From contig JAXHMG010000003.1 in assembly GCA_034521595.1 (NCBI GenBank), forward strand, positions 1,568,001-1,632,000: 64,000 nucleotides of DNA, written 5' to 3'. Numbering within the stretch: the stretch's first letter is position 1; each line of letters starts with the position of its first letter. The position numbers and the translations under genes were made by a program. The DNA is from Gemmatimonadota bacterium (GTDB taxonomy: Bacteria; Gemmatimonadota; Gemmatimonadetes; Longimicrobiales; Gaopeijiaceae). Shown piece after piece: positions 57,936-64,000 of this stretch. The notes beneath the pieces were generated by a model. The model had not been told where the DNA came from. It ran no database searches and saw only the letters and a list, made by a program, of their open reading frames with translations.

Positions 57936-59648
57936 TCAACCTCCGGTCCGCACGCCCCCGTCGAGGACCCCGTCGATCAGGGGGTCCGAGGCTTCCGCGG
58001 CATAGCTCCCGTGCGGACGCGGGTACGCGTCGAAGCCCTCGCGGAAGCACCGATGATACGTGCGTCCCTCCCGCAGCGTCATCGGTCCGCTCTCCGGGCG
58101 CCACGTGGCGCCTTCGGGAACCCCCGCTGTCGGCATCCGGACTCCGAACCGCTCGCGGGTCTCCCGTTCCACCCGCTCCACCAACCTCTCCCCCAGCGAC
58201 AGGGCGTCGAGTAGCCGCTCCTCACCGTAATCGGTGAGGAATTCTCGAGCTCCGGTCGAGTCCCCCGCGCTGTAGCGCGCTTCCGCCTCCCGCTCCACTT
58301 CCGCCTGCTCCGCCACGAGCCGGGACTCGAAGGCTTCCAGGTCGGCCGTCACCGCCCGCAGAAAGACCTCGGGACGCTCACAGGTGTGATAGAGGAGTCG
58401 CTTGTGGGTTCGGAACGCCGAGCGCGTGGCCTCGATCGGTGCGAAGTCCGAGTCCAGGAACGCGTCGTCGGCGTCCTTGGTCATGTACCGGTGCTGCTTG
58501 TACTCGGGGGGAACCTCCCGGGCCCCGAGGCGGACCGGCACGAAAGGACTCGCCACGGCTCCGGTGATGGACATCCAGAGGGTTCCGAGCTCCGAAGGCA
58601 CGTCGGGCCTGAGATGTGCCACCTGTCCATAGCCGGAGCCGTCGTTGGACCAGCGGGGATCGCGCACGAGCGCCAACATGTCCTCCAACGACAACGGCGC
58701 CATCTCCCGGATCTCGTCCTCGAGAAGCGGGGGATAGCGGAACAGGTTGTGGGGGTCGTCCTGGGAGGGAGCGCTCGGGAAAGGTCGCCCGTAAACCCGG
58801 TGGAGGTTGAAGGGCTCGTCGCCATCGGGGTTCCACCACCCCTGCTCCACCGCGAAGGACACCAAGTTCTCGGAGCCCATGAAATCGGGGGAGTCCTCGA
58901 AGTCCACGGGAAAGTCCCCGATATATCCGGGGTAGGACACACGCACTTCGTCCGGCCCCAGGCGCTCGGCGGCCCAAAGCCCCTGTCCGCCGGCGTAGTC
59001 GATGAGCACCCAACCTTCCTCGGCGTCGGCGAAGAGATGGGAGTTGCCCCCATAGGTGGCGTACCCGTGCTCCTCGATGAGCTCGCCCACGATCTCCACG
59101 GCCTCCCGGGCCGTGCCGGCCCGCTCCATGGCGATCCGGGAGAGGTCACTGTAGTTGAGCCCCCTTTGTGGGGTAGGGGTCGCCTCTACGAGCTCCTGCC
59201 GTGAGGGAGACCACACGTCACGGGCCGCGACGTGCCGCTCGTTCAGCCCTCCATTGGTCAGCGGCGGCGGAAATCCGGCGAACTCCGAATAGTTCGTGGT
59301 GATGAAACGGAGCGTCTCGGTGGCCTGAGGAATCCGGAAACGCCGTCCGGGAATCCGCGCTTCTTCCGTGATCCCGACTTCAATGGTCGTTCCCGAGGGA
59401 AACGTCCGGGCGGGCGTGATCTCGTACCAGTGGCTCGAAGGCTCGTGACCGAAGCCGCCCAGCAAGACCGAACCGTCTTCGGTGAGGTTCCGGCCCACGT
59501 AGAGCGCGATGCTCTTGGCAGGCGGAGATAGCGCGACCGACGCCGGGTCCGGAGCGGTGCTTCGCCCCGAAGCCACGAGAGCGCCAAGTACCAGAAAAAC
59601 CGTCGTTCCAGCGATCCCCAAGGATCGCCCCGAAAGGGACAACATCAT
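57936..59648 (-). CDS. Exported C69/secernin-like Ntn-hydrolase (dipeptidase-like)
   Basis: Signal peptide; YVGRNLTEDGSVL; GGLNE; ERAGTAREAVEIVGELIEEHGY; FADAEEGW. Confidence 0.7.
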   Translation of the reverse strand: MMLSLSGRSLGIAGTTVFLVLGALVASGRSTAPDPASVALSPPAKSIALYVGRNLTEDGSVLLGGFGHEPSSHWYEITPARTFPSGTTIEVGITEEARIPGRRFRIPQATETLRFITTNYSEFAGFPPPLTNGGLNERHVAARDVWSPSRQELVEATPTPQRGLNYSDLSRIAMERAGTAREAVEIVGELIEEHGYATYGGNSHLFADAEEGWVLIDYAGGQGLWAAERLGPDEVRVSYPGYIGDFPVDFEDSPDFMGSENLVSFAVEQGWWNPDGDEPFNLHRVYGRPFPSAPSQDDPHNLFRYPPLLEDEIREMAPLSLEDMLALVRDPRWSNDGSGYGQVAHLRPDVPSELGTLWMSITGAVASPFVPVRLGAREVPPEYKQHRYMTKDADDAFLDSDFAPIEATRSAFRTHKRLLYHTCERPEVFLRAVTADLEAFESRLVAEQAEVEREAEARYSAGDSTGAREFLTDYGEERLLDALSLGERLVERVERETRERFGVRMPTAGVPEGATWRPESGPMTLREGRTYHRCFREGFDAYPRPHGSYAAEASDPLIDGVLDGGVRTGG

Positions 59649-59741
59649 GGGTCTTCCTCGTTCGAAGCATATCAGAGGCCGCGAGCATCGGAAGGCAAAG
59701 TAGGGAAAAAAGCTTCTACGCGCTTGTCTTGCGGAGCTTCG

Positions 59742-59779
59742 TTGCACGCCCCCAATATTCGGTTTATCTTCGGTTTTCG
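59742..59779 (+). promoter_or_regulatory. Promoter with direct-repeat operator upstream of the ImuB-like gene
   Basis: TTGCAC-17-TATCTT; TTCGGTTT at 59758 and 59769. Confidence 0.55.
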
Positions 59780-59822
59780 AGCAGCGTCAGAGTTCTTGCC
59801 ACAGGCAACGTCCCGCACGACC

Positions 59823-61226
59823 ATGTCGCAGTCCCGTACGAGCGCACAGCGTGTTCCCACCCACCCGATCGGTCGAGGGTGGGCTCAGTATGATGCTTCC
59901 CAACAGCCCCCACCCTCCACGCTCGACACGGAAGAGGCCTCCCGAGCGGGAACGTCGAGCGTCTCGACCGAAGCACGTACCGCGCTCTGCCTCTGGCTTC
60001 CGACCTTCGAGCTACGTCTCGAGCTCGTCCGCCGTCCAGAGCTCGACCGCACCTCCGTCGCGCTCCTCTCCGAAAACGAGCACGCCCACCGCACCGTTCA
60101 ACAGGTTTCGACGCGCGCCCACGAAGCCGGAGTTCGCCCGGGACAACGGGTCAGCCAAGCCATCTCGCTCTGCCCCTCCTTGACGTTGCTCGAGCCCGAT
60201 CCCGCCCACTACGACGCGGCGACGGACACCCTCCTCGAAACCCTCACCGAGATCTCGCCCGTGCTCGAGCCCGCGGGCCGCGGGCGTGTCTTCCTGGGAA
60301 TGGACGGCCTCGACCGTCTTTTCGGCCCACCGAGCCGTCAGATCGAACGGACGCTCGCCGCACTCTTCCGAATCCTCCCGGCCCCGCTCGTCGCATCGAT
60401 TCGAGCGGGCATGGCACCGGGCCGGTTCGGCGCCTGGGTCGCGGCGGCATCGGCCCGTCCGGGGACACCGATCATCGTTCCGGAGTCCGGTCTGGGCGCG
60501 TTCCTGGACCAATGTCCGGTACGCGTGCTTCCCGTCGATCCGCGCATGATCGAACGGCTCGAACGCTTCGGTATCGATACGCTCGCGGCGCTTCGCGACC
60601 TCCCCGAGCCCTCGCTCGTCGCTCAGTTCGGTGAGGTGGGCCGGGAAGCGCACGCCTGGGCTTCGGGACGGCGCATCGATCCGGTGCGCCCGTGGCACCG
60701 ACCCCGTCCCCTACGCGCTTCACTCGCTTTCTCGGATCCCGTCGGCCTGGTGGACACGCTCCATGGAGCCCTCGACCGGCTCATCGAGCGTGCCCTCACC
60801 CGTCCAGCCCGGCGAGGGCGCAGCGTGACCGGCGTCCGTCTCGGAGCCCACCTGGAGGGAGGGGGATCCTGGATCGTGGAAGCGACACTCCGGGAGCCCA
60901 CCACCGTGCGGGAACGCATCGCCGCGCCGCTCCGCGCCAAGATGGGGATCACCCCACCTCCGAAAGCCGTCGAAATCCTCTTCTTCGAGATCACCGATTT
61001 CGGCGCATCTTCTTTTCAGGAGAACCTCTTCGAGCGGAAGGACGCGGAAAACCGCGCGGAGATGAATTCCGGTCCACTCGAAGGAGAGGTGCCTCCGTCG
61101 CTACGCGAAGCCGTGAAGGAGCTCAAGATGCGGCTCGGTGACTCCCCGCTCTACCGCGTGGTCGAGCTCGATCCGTGGTCCCGGATCCCCGAACGCCGCC
61201 ACGCACTGCTCCAATTCGATCCATGA
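59823..61226 (+). CDS. Catalytically inactive Y-family polymerase, ImuB-like
   Basis: GVRPGQRVSQAISLCP, L..FGIDTL, C-terminal DPWSRIPERR; DinB catalytic acidic motifs absent; start uncertain. Confidence 0.8.
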   Translation: MSQSRTSAQRVPTHPIGRGWAQYDASQQPPPSTLDTEEASRAGTSSVSTEARTALCLWLPTFELRLELVRRPELDRTSVALLSENEHAHRTVQQVSTRAHEAGVRPGQRVSQAISLCPSLTLLEPDPAHYDAATDTLLETLTEISPVLEPAGRGRVFLGMDGLDRLFGPPSRQIERTLAALFRILPAPLVASIRAGMAPGRFGAWVAAASARPGTPIIVPESGLGAFLDQCPVRVLPVDPRMIERLERFGIDTLAALRDLPEPSLVAQFGEVGREAHAWASGRRIDPVRPWHRPRPLRASLAFSDPVGLVDTLHGALDRLIERALTRPARRGRSVTGVRLGAHLEGGGSWIVEATLREPTTVRERIAAPLRAKMGITPPPKAVEILFFEITDFGASSFQENLFERKDAENRAEMNSGPLEGEVPPSLREAVKELKMRLGDSPLYRVVELDPWSRIPERRHALLQFDP

Positions 61227-61243
61227 GGGGGTCGAGAACCGAC

Positions 61244-61510
61244 ATGGCTAGACGCCCCCAGCTCCGACCGCTCGACCAGCCGAAGCCGGTCCACGTCCGC
61301 ACGGACGAGCGGGGGGATCCGGAGTTCGTACGACTGCCCGGAAGGACCGCGCGCACCGTCCTCCAGGTCCGCGAGCGCTGGCGGATCGACGACGAGTGGT
61401 GGCGCCGTCCGATCTCCCGTGCCTATTACGCGGTCGTGCTCGACGACGGACGCTTGCTCACCCTGTTCCACGACCTCGTGGAGGGTGCGTGGTATATGCA
61501 GAAGGGCTGA
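61244..61510 (+). CDS. Small protein resembling the ImuB C-terminal / DUF6504-type domain
   Basis: RERWRIDDEWWRRPISRAYYAV...LFHDLVEGAWY. Confidence 0.75.
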   Translation: MARRPQLRPLDQPKPVHVRTDERGDPEFVRLPGRTARTVLQVRERWRIDDEWWRRPISRAYYAVVLDDGRLLTLFHDLVEGAWYMQKG

Positions 61511-61541
61511 CCCCTCCCCCAACCGGTCCGACGGGGGTCGA

Positions 61542-61673
61542 CGAGGCGTGCCGCGCGAGGGGTTGGACGCGCAGCGTCCAAGCGAAGCGCCCTCCACCCT
61601 ACCCGGTAGAGCGGCGAGGACGCGAGGCATGCCGAGTGAGGGGTTGGACGCGCAGCGTCCAAGCGAAGCGCCC
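61542..61673. repeat. Two tandem ~51-bp REP-like palindromic units
   Basis: Identical 36-nt core at 61557-61592 and 61638-61673, with hairpin TTGGACGC-GCA-GCGTCCAA. Confidence 0.75.
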
Positions 61674-61704
61674 CGAACGAGGTATGCCCCGAGCCCTCGC
61701 CGCC

Positions 61705-62109
61705 TCACCCCACATGCACCACGCACCCCCGCACCGACCCCCGCCTCCGGTGCTCCCACAAGTACACGCCCTGCCACGTCCCGAGCGCCAACCTTCCGCG
61801 CTCGAACGGAACCGAGAGGGTGGTCGCGGTGAGCGCCGCCCGAATGTGCGACGGCATGTCGTCCGGACCCTCGACGGTATGGGTGAAATGCGGATCACCT
61901 TCCGGCACGTGGCGCTCGAGCCAGTCCTCGAGGTCCCGGCGGGCGGAGGGGTCGGCGTTCTCCTGGATCGTGAGGCTCGCCGACGTATGTCGGATCATGA
62001 CGGTACAGAGCCCTTCGTCGAGCCCGCTCCCACCCACGACGGCCTGCACCTCGTCCGTGATCTCGTGGAGCCCCTTGCCCTCCGTGCGCACCTCGACGTG
62101 ACGGATCAT
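61705..62109 (-). CDS. yjbQ: YjbQ/UPF0047 family protein
   Basis: HTSASLTIQENADP, EGPDDMPSHI, LGTWQGVYLWEHR. Confidence 0.9.
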   Translation of the reverse strand: MIRHVEVRTEGKGLHEITDEVQAVVGGSGLDEGLCTVMIRHTSASLTIQENADPSARRDLEDWLERHVPEGDPHFTHTVEGPDDMPSHIRAALTATTLSVPFERGRLALGTWQGVYLWEHRRRGSVRGCVVHVG

Positions 62110-62113
62110 CGAC

Positions 62114-62938
62114 TCACTCCAGAAACAGGTCCGGCAGGAGCGACTTTCCGGGCTCCACCGCGTACGGCTCGAGATCTTCGATCCCCTCCTCGCGGAGCAC
62201 CTCGTCATCGATGAAGAAATGGCCCGTGGCTTCGTCCGCGGACCGGCTCAAGATGGCATGCGCCGCGTCGGCCATGATCTCCGGCTTGCGGCACCGGCTC
62301 ACGTCGACTCCGGGCATTAGGTTGAGCGCGGCAGTATGGATAATGGTCCGCGGCCAGAGCGCGTTCACGCCGATGCCGTCCTCACGGAACTCCTCGGCCA
62401 TCCCGAGCACGCACATCGACATCCCGTACTTGGCCATGGTGTACCCCAGGTGGGCCGCGAACCAACGCGCGTCGAGGTTGAGGGGCGGAGCGAGCGTCAG
62501 AATATGAGGGTTGTCCGACTGTCGAAGGTGTGGAATCGCTACCTGCGAGCAGAGGAACGTACCCCGCGCATTGACCTCGTGCATCAGATCGAAACGCTTC
62601 ATGGCCGTTTCGAGCGTCGGAGTCAGGCTGATGGCCGAGGCGTTGTTGACCAGGATGTCCAAGCCTCCGAACCGCGCCACGGTCGCCTCGACCGCCCGCT
62701 CGACCTCCACCTCGTTTCGGATGTCACACTGGACGGGGAGCGCATGCCCACCGGCGGACTCGATCTCCTCGGCGGCCGTGTAGATCGTGCCCGGCAGCTT
62801 GGGATGAGGCTCCACGGTCTTCGCGGCGATCGCCACGTTGGCCCCGTCCGCCGCCGCCCTCTTGGCGATCGCGAGTCCGATTCCCCGGGATCCACCGGTG
62901 ATGAAAAGGGTCTTGCCGGAAAGCGTCTCTGTCGTCAT
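62114..62938 (-). CDS. SDR oxidoreductase (HSDL2/AtuG-like)
   Basis: ITGGSRGIG, HPKLPGTI, NNASAI, YTMAKYGMS, NALWPRT. Confidence 0.9.
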   Translation of the reverse strand: MTTETLSGKTLFITGGSRGIGLAIAKRAAADGANVAIAAKTVEPHPKLPGTIYTAAEEIESAGGHALPVQCDIRNEVEVERAVEATVARFGGLDILVNNASAISLTPTLETAMKRFDLMHEVNARGTFLCSQVAIPHLRQSDNPHILTLAPPLNLDARWFAAHLGYTMAKYGMSMCVLGMAEEFREDGIGVNALWPRTIIHTAALNLMPGVDVSRCRKPEIMADAAHAILSRSADEATGHFFIDDEVLREEGIEDLEPYAVEPGKSLLPDLFLE

Positions 62939-63144
62939 CTGAGCCGAAGCCTCGTGGAAGTCGTGGGGGTGGAACTGTCGCACGCTACCCAAGCGCACGA
63001 GCGCGCGCGAGGGGCCCGACGAGCGCCGGCCTCACGCCACCGTGCATCGCTGCGCCCCACTTGCGATCGTCGGAGCGGGACCCGTAGAATGGCCGCGAGT
63101 CGGCCGCTTGTCGGCTGGCGCCCCTTGAACGAGGAGGTCCGTCG

Positions 63145-63291
63145 ATGCCCGCCCTCCGTGATGTGAACGACGCCGCGCGCGTCTATGGTCCCGCCCGCGC
63201 CATCGGTTGGATCACCATCGCCCTGATGCTCCTCACCGTGCTGTACTCGATCCGCATCGTGGTGGAGAACTGGTCCGAGATCGGAGTCTGA
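63145..63291 (+). CDS. 48-aa single-TM small protein upstream of norC (not in the ORF track)
   Basis: GAGGAGG RBS; MPALRDVNDAARVYGPARAIGWITIALMLLTVLYSIRIVVENWSEIGV; stop lies 1 nt before the norC start. Confidence 0.7.
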   Translation: MPALRDVNDAARVYGPARAIGWITIALMLLTVLYSIRIVVENWSEIGV

Positions 63292-63292
63292 C

Positions 63293-64000
63293 GTGACCAA
63301 ACGACAGACTCGCCTGTTCTTCATCGTGGGCACGGGGCTCTTCGCGCTCATCTTCATCGCGCTGACCATCGACAGCCACCGGCAGTTCCCCGAGCTCACG
63401 AACGCGCACCTCATCACAGAGGACGTGACCGAGGGCAAGCACGTCTGGCATGAGAAAAACTGCATCAACTGCCATACCCTGCTCGGCGAGGGAGCCTACT
63501 TCGCGCCGGACCTGACCAAGATCACCGAGTTGCGCGGGGAGGCCTACCTGACGGCGTTCATGCAGGATCCGTCCCAGTTCTACTCCGATGAGGAACATCG
63601 CCGGCTCATGCCGGATCCCGAGCTCGACAGCACGCAGATCGCTCAGGTGATCGCGTTCCTGGACTGGGTCTCGCAGATCGACAACCAGGGTTGGCCGCCC
63701 CGTCCCATCCTCGTGACGGGAAGCGCCGTGCCGGGTGCCTCCATGGGACGACGCGCTACCGGTTCCGCTTCCGACGACCCGATCTCCGTGGGTCAGGACG
63801 TGTTCCATAGACCCAATCCAGGCTGCTTCTCCTGTCACTCGACCGCCCCCGGCGTGGCCATGGTCGGCCCGTCAATGGCGGGCCTGGTCGAGCGGGCGGA
63901 GGAAATCGTTTCGAGCCCCGACTACACGGGCTCGGCCACCGACGTCGAAGGCTACATCCGGGAGTCCATCGTGGAGCCCAACGCCCATATCGTTCCGGGC
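63293..64000 (+). CDS. norC: Nitric oxide reductase subunit C-like cytochrome c with a second haem domain, 3'-truncated
   Basis: Manual translation: TM anchor; GKHVWHEKNCINCHTLLGEGAYFAPDLT; IDNQGWPP; second motif CFSCH...YIRESIVEP. Confidence 0.8.
   Translation, partial: MTKRQTRLFFIVGTGLFALIFIALTIDSHRQFPELTNAHLITEDVTEGKHVWHEKNCINCHTLLGEGAYFAPDLTKITELRGEAYLTAFMQDPSQFYSDEEHRRLMPDPELDSTQIAQVIAFLDWVSQIDNQGWPPRPILVTGSAVPGASMGRRATGSASDDPISVGQDVFHRPNPGCFSCHSTAPGVAMVGPSMAGLVERAEEIVSSPDYTGSATDVEGYIRESIVEPNAHIVPG

Noticed and set aside
61557-61673. 36-bp repeat pair as a mini CRISPR array
   Set aside because: Only two copies; similarity extends into the supposed spacer; no cas genes or AT-rich leader

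Overview
GC-rich bacterial chromosomal segment, mostly core housekeeping genes. The protein sequences (e.g. RpoZ, HU, SecG) suggest Gemmatimonadota; this is an inference. Contents: trmH; an rpiA-rpe-phosphorelay operon; aroF; argR-argG-argH; trxC; a TonB receptor; two 2-oxoacid dehydrogenase E1 clusters; tRNA-Asn; fur-catalase; mdh; moaADE (moaE frameshifted); an ECF sigma/anti-sigma pair; HU; carA; rnhA; lipB; secG-tpiA-pgk-gap; aroE; tsaC; ispD; dnaB; udg; coaBC; rpoZ; gmk; yicC; pepA; an ImuB-like pair; and a truncated di-haem norC. The most notable signals are intergenic and missing from the ORF track. (1) A 25-aa Asn-rich leader peptide (MTISRGNSNPNPNRNPNRDCDRGIA) with complete 1:2 / 2:3 / 3:4 attenuator pairings lies directly upstream of the tRNA-Asn(GTT) gene. 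This looks like a ribosome-coupled attenuator controlling the tRNA it senses. (2) A Tyr/Trp leader-peptide attenuator precedes aroF. Both leaders appear to be leaderless transcripts. Also seen: a possible Arg-responsive leader before argG, a 285-bp MITE-like element with perfect 33-bp terminal inverted repeats between gap and pgk, and an E1-alpha paralogue that lacks catalytic motifs. Start codons were adjusted by eye where the ORF track over-extends.
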